A DNA stretch of 64,000 bases, the filler included, from Collodictyon triciliatum (taxonomy: Eukaryota), in the NCBI GenBank assembly GCA_043381765.1. It is 5 parts of 5 records of this genome, joined end to end, with 100 filler letters (N's around TTAATTAATTAA, not from the genome) between each part and the next. Parts side by side here need not be neighbours in the genome. Positions count along the whole stretch, not along the records: positions 12,878 to 25,645 come from JBHJMP010002103.1; positions 25,746 to 38,514 come from JBHJMP010002104.1; 3 more parts are not named here. One strand, 5' to 3'. The position numbers and the translations under genes were made by a program. The notes beneath the pieces were generated by a model that worked only from the letters and a program-made list of their open reading frames with translations, searched no databases and had not been told where the DNA came from. How positions within the stretch are numbered: position 1 is the first letter of the stretch; every line of letters begins with the position of its first letter. This document shows positions 13,153-27,174 of the stretch, piece by piece.

Positions 13153-13601
13153 GGTTTGTGCGTGGCTGGACTTATGCCATGATTCATGATGATACCAAAG
13201 CCGTCTCTGATTACAGCCGAGTAATAATGATCGAACCATCACACGCCATCGCGTACAACAATCGCGGCATTTCTAGGTTTCGCCTTCGTGACTACACCGG
13301 GGCCATCGAAGACTTCAATGTATGGGATATTATCAAACTTTATTATGCCGCGAACAACCATATCGCCCCATTACAACATCAAATGCAAATGCTGATGAGA
13401 TCTATGATTTGTTTATTATCTTAAAACAAACAAAAAAAATAATAATAAAAGATTGATGAAAATAGACATGTATTGCACATGAGTGTCAAGTCAACCTTAT
13501 GAGTATTCAATAAACTATAGAAAGCATTGCAACTGGACCCAGAATCCAAAGGAGCAAAGGAGAATATCAAGACTGCAAGGAAAATGCTTGGCAGGGAATG
13601 A
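13153..13601 (+). CDS. TPR-repeat protein, last two exons (5' part unresolved across low-complexity DNA and a gap)
   Basis: RGWTYAMIHDDTKAVSDYSRVIMIEPSHAIAYNNRGISRFRLRDYTGAIEDFN | KALQLDPESKGAKENIKTARKMLGRE*, a canonical TPR consensus. Confidence 0.8.
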
Positions 13602-13938
13602 GTACCTTCGTTGTTCTCTTGCTCAGGCTAGGTTGTTCATACCCCATATGGCTACAATGAAGCTTTTCTTTTGGTTTTGGTTTTCTGCTGCTTGCTTTTC
13701 TCTCTTCGTCGCCCTCTTCTGAAGATTCTTTTTCGCTTTGGCTCCGTTCTTCCTTGCGTGAACGAAGGCGTTCTTCACAAAACCCTTCCACATACCGATA
13801 AACATACCGACAAAGTGTGAGAACAAATACCGGACTATTATTGCCATCCACAGTGGCTGTGACTTTCAGTTTAACAAAAAAACACGCTTTCCTTTCGTGC
13901 ATACCTGCACACAGGAGGAATTGAATAGATAAGAATGA

Positions 13939-14029
<91 letters not shown>

Positions 14030-14030
14030 T
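13939..14030. repeat. (TTTC)n microsatellite
   Basis: Direct reading; the same unit occurs at about 25746-25830, 47090-47186 and 63912-64000. Confidence 0.95.
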
Positions 14031-14172
14031 CATTCCTTCTTCCTCGCTTTCCTTCTCTGTTTTGGGTCCGTATGGAGCAGAGTCAGTCAGAAAGAAGAGA
14101 TCAGGATCCAGTCTCGCGCTCTGTTGACCGCTGCGTTTTATGAGGCGCTCGCCGAATCAGGTCCAAGGAGAA

Positions 14173-17100
14173 ATGAGCACAGCCGCAGAGTTTGCTTTCG
14201 ATGCAACGCGCACGAATCAGTGGCTTTCCATGGTTTGTGTTGAGCTTACTTGGCGAAGGGACTTGATTTTCATTGCCCGACAAATCCTACCATCTGACTG
14301 CTATTCTGTTTTTTATTTTTATTTTTTTTGTTTTATTCTATCATCGTCTTTGTGATGTCTATTCATGTTTCTATTTTTTATATTTGTTTTTACTCTATGA
14401 TTATGATTATGATTATGATTATGATTATGATTATGATTATGATTATGATTATGTTTGTTATGTTTTTTTTTTTTTATAGTTTGTTTCTGTTTTTATTTTT
14501 GTTTTTACTCTATGATTATGATTATGTTTATGTTTGTTATGTTAATTATGTTTATCTTTATTTTTACGTTTTCGTGAACGGTTGATTTCGTCTTTTTCAA
14601 TTCATTTTGCACAACAAATATGCTGAGAAGCAATAATATGGTATATGTCCAGCCGAAGCCGATAGAGCAACCCACAGTATTTTACGAATATGTGATCATA
14701 TTTAAAAACACTGCACGTATATCTGACCACGATGAAGCTGAAAAGTTGAAAGATATACGCATCGACACCCTGAAGCGAATACGTTCATGCGGGCTCCAGT
14801 TTCAGCAAATAATGCAAGATTAATAGCCACCACATTCATTATTATTTGATATTTTATTTATCTCGATGGCTCAATTTTTATGAAAGGAAATTTTCTTTGT
14901 GCATCATCATTTTGAGAGAAAATACCTCTTTTTTTTTTTTTTGGATTATGAAACTAATGGAACTATCCTGTTGAAATAGATCACGAGACGGAGATGAAAT
15001 ATTTGCTCGAATTGGCTGCGAAGAGAGCCGCTTATTGAAAGAAGCAGAGAGAATGAAGCTCATGCTACCACTCCGCCCCAAAGAGGGTGTAAGTAATTTT
15101 CAGTGGATAACCTCAAACGATATTGGAAAATGCACTTGATTTTTTTTTAAATGTTACTATACAATGAATCTACACACGTGAGCAAAACTAGACGTATGAA
15201 GTCTGATTACTCTGAATCTAATGATTGATAATAGCTTGCCTAAATTGATATTCTTCTAACTCTCTAGCTTCTTATTTGTACAAACAACCATGCATGCATA
15301 TATTTTCCCCTTAAAAAAGTATGATGACATCCCACATTGAATTAAGAATCACAATGAATGAAATGAAAGGTTATTGCGACGGGCGCAGCACCATTCGAAA
15401 TAGAAAAAAAGGGGAAATTTCTGGGTGAAAACGAAAATGACCCATCGCTTCCATTTTTTACATCGGCAAAAAGACAAGAAATTATATTGTCTATTCTATC
15501 TACGAAGCAAGCGAATGGCCAAATCCCTTTTGGTAAATATAGTCGAAAGAAATGAACAAAAATATGGCTGTAAAAATGTTTAATATACATAAATCTCCTT
15601 TTGAAATAGTATGCACCTGGTCATTTTCAAAATTTGTTATTTAAACAGCTTGTTAAAACCCAGACTATGTCCGCCAACTGAAAAACGGATACGTAGTGGA
15701 TTTTTACCCATTGCATGAAAGACCTTATCTTGAAAAATTAACGGTATTAGAACCTCCAAGTCCAAACTCAGAAAAATAAGCATTTCTGAAGACTTTTTTA
15801 TCAGTATTTTTCGTGGATTATTATCCTTTTACACTTTTAAACTCTTGGTTACATGCAGGCCGAATGGGGTGACATAAATTTGATGAAAAACTTCCGTGAA
15901 TTTCTTGAACAGCCTCTTAATGATGTGCGAAAATACTATGGAGAATATATTGGGATGTACTTTGCATGGTTAGGTAAGTAATTGTTAGTTTTCAATAAAA
16001 CCATTATACCTTGATTAGCAAGTTAAACCGCTATATTAAACAAGATTTAGAATTGACTGGATAGAAATTATTAACACAAATACAAAAAGCTCTTTTCTAA
16101 GTACAAATATTAAGAAGAGCTGTAATTTAGGTTTTTATACAAAGGCCCTTGTTCCGTTATCTTTATTGAGCATTGTGGTCTTAATTGTCCAGTATGATGC
16201 TCAGTCATCACTTTTTAATGATATTTTCAGATAGTTTCGATTGGACAATACGCCCAATAGCTTTTTCTTACATACTTTTACATCAGAATTGCAGACGAAG
16301 TTGACAATAACCTAGTCCCGTTTTACTGTTTTTTCATTTGCGTTTGGTGTGAGTGCCAACAATATCCCTTATTCTTAACGCAATCAAAAAAAAAGTGTAT
16401 CAATGGCTTCCAAATGAGTTTGTTTTGAGAAATAATGTAAAAATATCATTTTAATCAAAAAAAGAATCTCTGAATGGAATCTGTTCACCTTAATAGCAAC
16501 ATGTTTTCTTGAGCTTTGGAAGAGAAAGCAGGCCACCTTGGCATGGGATTGGGGCGCATTTGGTTACGTGGAAGAGGTGCTTTCATATCCAAGTTCCAAA
16601 ATGGGTCGACCATTAACAGATAATCAAAACAACCCTGCTTTTCTAAATAGGAAAAAATCCGACCGAACTTCAAAGGAATCGAAAGGATAAATAAAGTGAC
16701 AGGGGAAGTTGAAATTCATTACTCTTCCTTTAAACGTGCTGCAAAAGTCCTGGTGGGGGCCCCTGTCATGATTATAATGGTGAACTCTTTTAGATTACAG
16801 GCAGTTTTCTTCTAATTCGCCGCAAAGTTAAATCTACATTATGTTTCATATTTTCCTTTCGGTTTATTCAGCGCCTTTGAATAAAAAGATTCACCTATAC
16901 TATTTCCTCACTCTGTTGGCACTAATGCAGTCTATTTTAAATTTCTCAGCTAATATCTATTGTAATCGGAACAGTTGCTCTGCTCTCTTTGCGCATTACG
17001 ATGTCACAGTATTTTTTTATTTCTAATCGACGAACCAGTGTGTCAAGAATGATAGAGTTTCATTCCACTGCTGCGTGCATGTCAATATTGCTCCAATTTT

Positions 17101-19833
17101 TTTGGTTAATTTTAATTTTTTTTTTTGATATTACACAGAATTGAAGGAATGCGCACTGTTGGTCCGATTGTTGCCGGATTTTTGAATGCCATCATCATTT
17201 TGATACTTGATGAGGTAAGGATTTCGTTATCATTTATGCATCTTATTTTATTGTTAGTCCATACATCAATTAGACATTTACTCAGGACAGTGCAACTTAT
17301 AGATTATTCAAAAAGTTGCATATCGGCTTACCGAGTGGGGTATTTCAATCAAATAAAATCAAACGAAGCCATTATCCTTTTTTTTTTCTGTGAGGATAAA
17401 ACCTCTGGACAAGGGATTCTTTGATTTTGATTGATTTTCTTTTGTTTCGTAATCAAAATAGAGAACTATAAGACCGAGGCACAATTCGAGTCCAATTTGG
17501 TGTCAAAGACATTTGTTTTACAGTTTATCAACTCTTTCATTTCTCTCTTTTACGTTGCCTTTGTTAAGGTTCTCTTAATTTCACTAAAATATGATTTAAT
17601 TTCTTCTACCTTTCCCGTTCTCGTTCCTTTCCCCATTTTGTGAATCAAACCAAAATCCAATACTCAACACTGCTTTTGAAATAGGATTCAAGGCCCGAAA
17701 TTTTCGGAAACAAAGACGAATGCGAGGGCTCTTGTATGAGAGAACTCATGATTCAACTAGGTTTATTATAATTCCACATTATAAGATATCTCAATCGAAA
17801 ATAACCGTTTTTTTTTTTCACAGAAAAGTAAAGCCACAACTTGTATTTGCATCACACTTATATTATCAACTATACTTACTAGGGTCCATCATGGTCACTC
17901 GCATGTTTCTTCAGCAATTTTTTGAATACTATATGCCGTATCCAAATTAAATAGTTAACTGACATCAATACACGGGATATATATTTTTTTGGTGAGCTAT
18001 CGGCTCAAATAAGAAACCTATTTTTCATAACTGAACCACCATGACCAAAGTTACATACGGATGAAGATGCGGTTGGCCATCGAAAAGGCACAAACGGACG
18101 AGGTTTCAGATATAAACTGAGATTTCCTTCTAGTCATATTCTTTCATTAATTTGAAATTTAATGCCACTCATGTTTTTCCCTGTAGTCCACTTCAGAATC
18201 GAGAATAACACCCGAGGAGTACCAGGCAAAACAAGAAACATATCACAGCGCGCATGGGGACTACAACGAAATGATTATGCAGTTCGGCTATGTCACCTTG
18301 TTTGCCGCTGCTTTCCCATTGACATCTTTGTTGGCTCTCATGAACAATCTTGTGGAAAGTAATCGAGAATTTCTTAAAAATTAGAGTTGTAATGAGAAAA
18401 ATAATTAAAATAAACTTTTTTCTTTTTATATTCCTTAAGACACTAAAATTTGAGTGTGTTTTACCTTTTTCATATATTTTTTAAATTATATAGTCCGTGT
18501 TGATGCTGAAAAGTTGTGTGTATCTCATCGAAGACCGTTTTATCGCTCCGCTGCTGACATCGGTGCACATATTTTAAATAAAAGCGAATAATCAGTACAC
18601 TTTTTCCTGTGTACTCTTATGGTGTTGAGAATATAATACCCTTCTGATTCAATATAATATCAAACGCTTCTCTCATATTCTTCAGTAATATGAAAATCAC
18701 GATGGTATAAAGCTATTGACACTAGCTTTATTATATCTCAAAAGGAGTCTACTACCGAGTATTGGAAATAATGTCGATGTTTTCAGTAATTACAAACTGT
18801 GGAATTCTAGGTATACCCAAATATCAAAATCCACAGAAGTATGCATTTTATCTTTTGAGAGAAATAATATTTTAGAAAAACTCTGTTCAATTACCTAACC
18901 TATGTTTTTTTCCCTCAGTCTTCACGTCCGATGTGCTGGAGAACCAGGGATTTGTCGATGATGATGATACGACGAAAAAACTTTGGATTGCTTTTCTTGC
19001 TGAGGTAAGCGGGCATTTCCATGGTTAATTCTATATTCTCTAATACAACCACAATGCCGTAATTTTTTAGGAAAAAAAAACAACTAATAAACATGAAATT
19101 TTCGAAATTATCAGAGTTTGATATTCCTTTGCAAGTATATTGTTTCCGTGGCGATTATAGATGTAGGTCTCCTTCTGTCTCGCTCCTCCATTTTCTGGAA
19201 TTTATATATATATACATATATATTTTATCTCCCATGTTTTTTTTACGGTAAGATGCATATCTTCAAATTCCCGAATAATATTACAGATTCCGCAAGAAAT
19301 CCAAGATGCTATTGAATCCGCGAAGCATTATCAAGTAAAGTTCGAATGGCTTAGTACACAGCATCCTGATTTTCTAATTTTCCTCCATTCACCCCGCTTC
19401 ATGATTGAAAATTGGTCAAAATTCGATTGAACTATCCTTGTGAATTACAAAACACTTACTTTCTACTCTTTGGTATGTTAGGGAGAAGCGATGAAATCTC
19501 AAACTGAAGCAGATGAAAATTTAAAGAGAGAAAAGGATTTTCAAGTTTTTTTTTCTTTTTGCTATCGTGAAAAGTTCCATCCTTCCATGTTTTCGTAAAA
19601 AAGTGATGTGTATCAGAAAACTTCAATTTTTCTTTCGCCTCGTCTATTATTCCATCTTTTATAATATCTAATGAGGTCTTTTTCTTGTTCTATTTTAACA
19701 TGTCTAGTGTTAAAATATTAACTTTCTTCGATTATTCTTCTTACCTCAGGACTTTATCTCCAAAATAACACCCTCAAAGCTGGCCGAGTATCATGTTGAC
19801 CGCTCCAGATGGTTGTTTGAAGGCACTCGCTGA
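14173..19833 (+). CDS. Anoctamin/TMEM16 family Ca2+-activated scramblase/channel, many exons
   Basis: Motifs [86 protein letters not shown]...NNLVE, RVDAEKL...RRP. Confidence 0.93.
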
Positions 19834-20850
19834 CTGTTTTTCAACATAAAGCCTTTCATAAATGCTCTGAACTTTTGGAAAGACCCTTGAAATAAAAAAT
19901 GGAATTAAATTTTCAAACATGCAAGAGTCGGGATTCATATTGCATAACCTGGTCTGGTTCATATCGTTAAGGGCATTGTTGGTTCCCGCTGGGGGAGCGA
20001 CACATGAATAGGAATGGTTTACATCCAAGCATTTCTCCACCAAATCCAAATCAAAGTACTATAACAAATTATATTTAAGACATTTATAGTTAGTCCAGTG
20101 CCATCGATGGTCTCAGCATTCAACATGTAATCAACGAACTAATGAGGATTATCTCCATATCCATTTCATTTTTTTTTTAACTTGAAAATGCGAAATAATA
20201 CTACGATTGAATGTCGACCTTGTGATTCTGGTTAATACTATTCACACTGAATAAATGGCGCTGTTCGATGTACTCGTATAATGGTGTTTGATGAAAAGTG
20301 TGAATAAATGGTGCTGTGTGATAGTCAGATTCACACTTGATGCATCTTTCCACATAGTCAATCTATGTCGAGTCGATGGAGTTCCAACGTTTGTCAAACA
20401 CATGATTCGCGTTTTGATTATTATTATTTTTTAAAAAAAAGGAAGGTCTTTTCTCGCTTCTTCGATTAAGTTCGATCCCCCTTTTGCTACATCATGGCTT
20501 CCTAGTCTAAAATAGCGCTACATTCATACAAACACACAGCACTCGCCACATTCCGTCCCGCGCTTGTAGTAATCTTGATAGCAGAATAAATAAAACCCCA
20601 CAAGGTTCACAGCATCATCCACAGGCACAAGGCTGCAATATGTCATCATATTCCTAATTGCAGGTGGGCTATGCAACAGGAACTTTATCTTGCTCATAAA
20701 GCTTACAATAGAGAAAATCAAAATTTGGATGGTGCTGTATGAATCGATAACAAAAGAACGTATGTTTTGTGGCGCCAGCCTTTTCATATGTGCCAAACAG
20801 CCCTTCGGAGACAACTATAAGTTCATCTTGCCTTGCAACAATGTTTTGGA
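19774..20850 (-). CDS. Possible small unannotated spliced gene or pseudogene, convergent with anoctamin
   Basis: Coding-looking segments FQNIVARQDELIVVSEGLFGTYEKAGATKH|TPPAIRNMMTYCSLVPVDDA join in phase across a GT-AG intron. Terminal ORF 19774-20049. No clear ATG. Confidence 0.3.
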
Positions 20851-20905
20851 ATCAATCGCCTCTCGTTAATAAACACTTTTAATTTTGCTCTCTGATTTAT
20901 ATCAC

Positions 20906-23900
20906 TCAGGTGCTGCACTGCACAAACCCAAAGTTTGGCCCAGGTGTGGGGCCAAGTGCAAAATGCAGCACTCCTCCGTTTGATATATCAGCATGTTTCA
21001 AGAATGGCTCACAAAGCTGGACACCATTGAGAGTGACGCGTTGTACATAGACGTGAGCAGTGTCTTGGTTTTCAGTAGTAATATAGAGCAAACGTCCAGA
21101 GGAGGTTACAAAAGAAGCAGAGGCAACAGATGGACTTCCAATTGCATATTCATCAGCACCAGCGTTTGGAAAGAATCCCAGAGACGCAAACAGCAACCAG
21201 GAACTCATAGCCCCGTAGTCGTCATTGCCTGTAGTATTTTGTTGATTCATATATTTTCTTTTTTTACATACTACAGAGAATCTTTGACGAATGGGAAAGG
21301 AAAATGCAATGATAAAATATTATGAGTATCGCAGGCAATACCACATAGCATCTACATGACATACCTGGCAGACCACTAGGTGTGTTTTTATATTTGTTCG
21401 AAACTAACCATCGGCTCCAGAACTGTGTTCGGTCAGGTCTTCCCACATAATTGAAAATCCAAGGGTGGAACAAATCATGTTCGTTGCCGGCCCACTATGT
21501 TTTCAAAATTTAATATTATATGCATATGCGTCAATCAATCTCCATTCGCTGTTCTATCAATATTATTGCTTTAAATCCTCGTAAGAAAATTCAGAACTTC
21601 AACCGAAGCTCGGCTCGTTGGAATATTATGGGACAAAAGATTGCTCAGTTAAATATATATATATATATCACAATAAACTGGCAGTCCATATTTGTGCGTA
21701 AAAAGAAATCATACATAAAAGGGATTTGGGAAATAGTTCTCCTCGATAGTTGGATGAACAAGCGTGGAGTTGTACATGCACAGCTCCGTCTTGGCCAAGA
21801 ATTCATCCTTACTGGGGTACAGTTCAACAAGTCCTTTTATGTCATGAGGAACAAACCAAGAGTACTGCCGACGAAAATTTTATACAAAATTATTACGAAA
21901 TAAAAATTCAATTATACGTATTTTTAAAACCCAACCTAGCTTCATTTTTCATTTCACGAAAATCACGATATAATGAGAAGCAATACAGAGTGTAAAATTT
22001 ACATGCCAGGCGTTTCCTTCCTTATAGTATCTACTCAGTGGATTGTTTGGGTAGGTGGGACAAAAAATAGTACCATTGCGATACTTTGGGCACATAAACT
22101 GGTCATTCGGCTGCCAAATATTCTTGTAGTTTTTGCTTCGTTGGAAAAACATATCTGCATCGTCTCTAAGACCAAGTATCCCAGCAGCCTTTCCGACCAT
22201 AGCATCATCAAACGCATACCCAAGTGTTAAAGACGTTCCAATTTCTGAGCACTGAAGATTCAAGTCATAAAAATATAATTGATACTATGTGTGTTTTACT
22301 TTACGTATCTAGTATAGCGAATACCAAAGTTAAATTGATTCTGGATAAACTTTGAATCGAATAAAGGAAAAAAAAACTGATTCTGGATAATATAAACATA
22401 AATTCTGATTTTTTACCTCAACGGGGACATATCCGTAAATAAGATAATCCTGGATACAACCTCTACTATCGTTTGGTCTAGGGCCCATGGCAGAAAGCCG
22501 CATTCCTTCGTAAGCAGCACTCATGTTGAAATCTCGAAATCCCTTCAGATATGCCTCCACAATAATCGCATTAGCATGGTCTCCAAACATTGTTCCGGTA
22601 TACACTTGTGAATGAATTTTGAAAATGAATCAAATTTGGTGGCATGGCTGAAACATTACGCAACTTTTTTTTATTAAGCTTATTTAATCAACGGGAGGGA
22701 GTCTATTGATAAAATTATAGGACAAAAACTTACAGTGCGCCAGAGGCCATCTTGGAATATCTCCACCGAGTTGATGCATATTCACAAGCGAGCGAACTAC
22801 ATCTAGGCCAACTTTAGGCTGGGACAAAAGGAGCCACGGTTGAGATGAACGGAAGGTATCCCATATGCTAAGGTCAGAATAATAATGTTGACCGCCTGGA
22901 ACCTTCAGGGATGAATCAAAATAAATTCAGAAGTAATTATGATATGAAATCCAAAAATTCTCAACGATTCAAAAAAAAGCACTCATGTGAATGGGCATAA
23001 AAGGCATTATTTTGGGTCATTGAAATTATTCCATTTCATTTCCTAATTTACTTTGTGTACGGCTCTGTCAAATCCATAGTAGCTGCCGTCAAACTGATAA
23101 GTGAATAAAAATAAGTTTTTATTACTTTATTACTTATACAATATGCAGTTAAGGTATTTATTGCTCTCATACTTCATCATATTGAGTTGGCGAGGTTGAC
23201 ATTCGGTAAAGGGCTGTGTATAACTTTGCTCTTTCATTTGTATCCTGAGTCTCAAAAGTCCATAGAGATAGAATTTCAGCCCACGTGGAGGATGCACGTA
23301 ATGCAGCATCATCAAAAGAAAGCCCTCGGGATTGGTACTCTAAATTTAATTTTGCATACTCTTGAGATACAAAGCTGATTCCTACTTCTACAACAATCAT
23401 TCTGTTTCTCTCATCTGCGCTTGCTAATCCAAAATCTAAGAAAGCACCCAAGGAGCCATTGACACTTTTGCCATCTCGTTGAGAAAGGATTTGTCCATCA
23501 ACCCATACACCACTTCGAGACCAAGACTGACCAGATGTTTTTTGAATTTTTGCATAAAAGTATATCTAACAGAAGCAATTTATTGTTTTTTTCAAATAAG
23601 TGATTTTTTCAGTTTGAAAATAAAATAAAGAAACATAGGGTATCGAATGGTGCATAATTGCCATAAATAACCGTCTACATTTCTGATATTTTTTCAAAGC
23701 TTTTCTAGTTAAGGGTCGTGCAAGTAAGGATATTACTTTGATAGGCTTTGAACGACTCAGACGGCCTTCATTTAAGACGTATCCCTCAACTGCACTGTTG
23801 GTATCATCGACGTAAATCTAGGCCTCTGTGCATGCATCTGGTGTTATTGTATGGCAAAAATCAATCAATAAAATCATCGGCTTCGACGGAGGGTAAGAAT

Positions 23901-25269
23901 AACGATGATATCCAGAATGAGTTCCTAAAAGAGATAAAAGAACCATAGTTATTGATAATGCCTCACAATCCATAGAATTTCGAATTTGGAAACCGATTCG
24001 GTTTGTAGAATGCAAAGGCTAAGCTATCCATTATTACCTGTTGATGTCACTTCTGCGAAAACTCCCCAAGTTCCCAAAAAGACCGAATAGTATCCAGGCG
24101 TAGCTACCTAAATTAGTAAATAATGGTATCAGCACAGAAATGTCTTTACAGAATAACATCTAAATCATTCTCAGCTCTACCTCATCATCATGAGAAAAAA
24201 TCGACCTATATCCGTAATTTCGAATAAGCAAAGAATTCACCTAACGCAGAGGAGATAATGAGGAATTTTTCTGATATGAATAGTTAATAAACGCCACATA
24301 TCCTTCTGCTGAACTCTTTGAAAATGTGAAGCTTGATTTTTTTTTGGTTTCTTTTCAACAGTTTATTGAGAGAAAAGAAAATGTGAAGCTTGATAAACTA
24401 TAAAGGGGTGTTATGGTGATATTTGCACTATATTGTAGATGTATTCACACTGGAATAACTCAGAAAAATTATTACAGGCTGCGTAACTGCCATAACCCCG
24501 AAGTTTCCCAAGTCTGTTGCGCCTGCACCAACCAAACGAGTGTGAGAAAACGCTCTGATGTGTGTGTCCCTAGTTTTTTTTTTGTCACAAGGTTACACAC
24601 TAGAGACATGTGTTTTGATAAAGATAAAAAATTCTTACGAATTTTACTCACATATGGGTCTCATGTAATTTTAAGACAAACCATTCAAAAAACAAAAACA
24701 AACAAAATCTTTTCATCTCTCGAAAATGGGAAAGAGAGGATGAGGTGTACCTACCTATAATAGTAGCCACCAAAATGATTCCAATCAATCCAAATATTAT
24801 CCAACGCAGTATCTGGGCCAATTCGACAGGCGCCAAAGGGATGCTGAGGGCCAGGACTATTATGCCCGATTCTATTACGCAGACGAAAAGAAAAAAACAG
24901 GTGATAAAAACTACTCTTTAATATCCCCATGCATGGTTCCTAGAAAAATAAAACTATACTATATTTATTGAAGGAAAGCTTGCACATGCATAGAAATTTT
25001 CAGCAGAATGATGGATTTGAAAAGTGAACGCATGGGTGATCAATTCGATACCCGAAAGCTGCCCCTCCTGTGCCAATAAACATGTTGACATGGCACGTAT
25101 TCCCAGAGCATCGACTTGAGTATGTTTTGGATTCTTTGTATTGAAGTTCAGATTGCGTGAATGAGTCCAGACCAAGCGGAATTGAATATCCTTCCAGCAG
25201 ACAAGCAACAGCGACGAGCGAAAAACACACTGCTTGGACAAGAGCTGAAGGTCCGGCACAGTATTTCAT
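20906..25269 (-). CDS. GH92 family alpha-1,2-mannosidase with signal peptide, multi-exon
   Basis: VNMFIGTGG, PGPQHPFG..IGPDT, FSHTRLVGAG, EVATPGYY, SIWDTFR, GDIPRWP, TLGYAFDD, YKEGNAW, AGNEHD, GNDDYGAMSSW are all GH92 hallmarks. Confidence 0.93.
22332..22390 (+). mobile_element. Ultra-short insertion (CTTTGAATCGAATAAAGG-An) with 17-bp TSD
   Basis: AAATTGATTCTGGATAA (22332-48) and AAACTGATTCTGGATAA (22374-90) flank the motif at 22350-22367. Confidence 0.7.
24320..24394 (-). mobile_element. Short (39-bp) retroposed fragment with perfect 18-bp TSD
   Basis: GAAAATGTGAAGCTTGAT at 24320-37 and 24377-94. The insert on the - strand has AATAAA and an oligo-A tail, and resembles 4284-4308. Confidence 0.65.
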
Positions 25270-25315
25270 GTCCTTTGATTTCTATAAATTTTCAGGACGC
25301 CTGGAAGCGAGCAAT

Positions 25316-25432
25316 AAAACATAAAACATAAAACATAAAACATAAAACATAAAACATAAAACATAAAACATAAAACATAAAACATAAAACATAAAACATA
25401 AAACATAAAACATAAAACATAAAACATAAAAC
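25316..25432. repeat. (AAAACAT)n 7-bp tandem repeat
   Basis: Direct reading. Confidence 0.95.
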
Positions 25433-25746
25433 AAAAATGAATGAGATTAACGACTAGAGGAAAAATAGTCTTGCATTCTGCACCATTTTCATTTTTATCA
25501 TCCTCAATTCCTCTTGTTCGACTCCGAAGTAACACGAAACACAATCCGTCTGTGCCGCTTCGGATAATTTGGTTATTCAGGCGGTTTTGTCGCCAACTTT
25601 TTTTCGTGGCCTGTCACATTCCACGTGACCCGTGTCCTTTAATCCNNNNNNNNNNNNNNNNNNNNNNNNNNNNNNNNNNNNNNNNNNNNTTAATTAATTA
25701 ANNNNNNNNNNNNNNNNNNNNNNNNNNNNNNNNNNNNNNNNNNNNT

Positions 25747-25834
<88 letters not shown>

Positions 25835-26343
25835 TTTTCTTTTCTCTCTCTTTCTTTTTCCTCGAAGCCCAAAAGATATTCTCTTTGAAGTAATTGTACT
25901 AACTGCTAACTTACTTCGTTTTTAGATATTGTGATGGTCGGATGAACTGATCAAAAATATAAAACTGATTTGACTGGTCAAAAAGAAAAAATAATCAAAC
26001 ACAAAGCCCACAAAAAATAATCAAGAAAAAACAAGAAAAAAACAAGAAAAAAACAAGAAAAAACTAGAAAAAAACAAGAAAAAAACAAGAAAAAACAACA
26101 AACAAAAAAACAACAAACAAAAAAACAAGAAAACAACAAAAACAAGAAAACAACAAAAACAATAAAAACAATAAAAAACAATAAAAACAATAAAAACAAC
26201 AAAAACAACAAAAAACAAATAATGAGGTAGCTCCTAACTTAAATATTTTACAAATAATCATCGTACGATCGCACACACTCACGCACGAGCCCTGTAGGCT
26301 GCTTCACAAGGTTATATACGAAATCCCAGAGCCTCCTCCTTGC

Positions 26344-27174
26344 ATGAAGACACTCTACCGCCAGAAGACGCCGCTCCTGTCATGTCTCGCACTGACACTG
26401 GCATTTGGAGCCTGTATCCGCAGCCTCGCAGACACAATTCCAATTGACTCTGCATCACAAGTTAGACAGGAAGCTGACACAGTCGCCCTGAATCGAGTTC
26501 ATGATGATATTGAAATGGTTGATTCAGTCGCGTTTCGTCATTTACTGAATATGAGAAACAAGATGGCTCGCAAGGACGAAAACGATGATAGCGCCGATGA
26601 AAAAGAAAACGAGAAAGGACAAAAGAAAGGAAAAAATGCTCCTCGAGCAAGGAGAGGGCGGAAGAGAGGCCAAAAAGACAGAGACGAAGACGATGAACGC
26701 ATTGAAGATGGCGTGGATATTGAAGAAAATGCTGAGCAAAAAGGGGATAATCAAGAGGTAAAGGCTAAACGAAGGAAGAGAAATAAACAGGAGAATCTTG
26801 ATGGCGATGATTCAGATATTCAGAAACAAAAAGGTGTCGATAAAAACGGTGACGGTGGCCAAAATGATGAAAGACAGAAAGATAATGACACAGGGAAAAA
26901 GAATATGAAGAAAAAGGGTAGAGATGACAATGACGACGGTGCTGAAGAAAATAATCGTTCGGGTGAAAATGAAGTCTTTGATAAGGGCGGAGACGAGGAT
27001 GGAGAAGAGGATGAAGAAGAGGATAGAGACGAGGATGGAGAAGAGGATGAAGATGAGGATGGAGATGAGGATGGAAATGAGGATGGAAATGAGGATGGAA
27101 ATGAGGATGGAGATGAGGATGGAGATGATGAGGAAAAATTCGCAGACCTTTTAAAAAAGCAAGAAAAGGAAAAG
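26344..27174 (+). CDS. Acidic/charged low-complexity protein with putative signal peptide, interrupted by a sequence gap
   Basis: 277 open codons before the Ns, hydrophobic LLSCLALTLAFGACI near the N-terminus and EDG(N/D) repeats. It may end at about 27829 after the gap. Confidence 0.5.

Noticed and set aside
26990-27130. 12-bp GAGGATGGA(A/G)AT repeats as a CRISPR-like array
   Set aside because: Tandem coding repeat with no spacers, in a eukaryotic context
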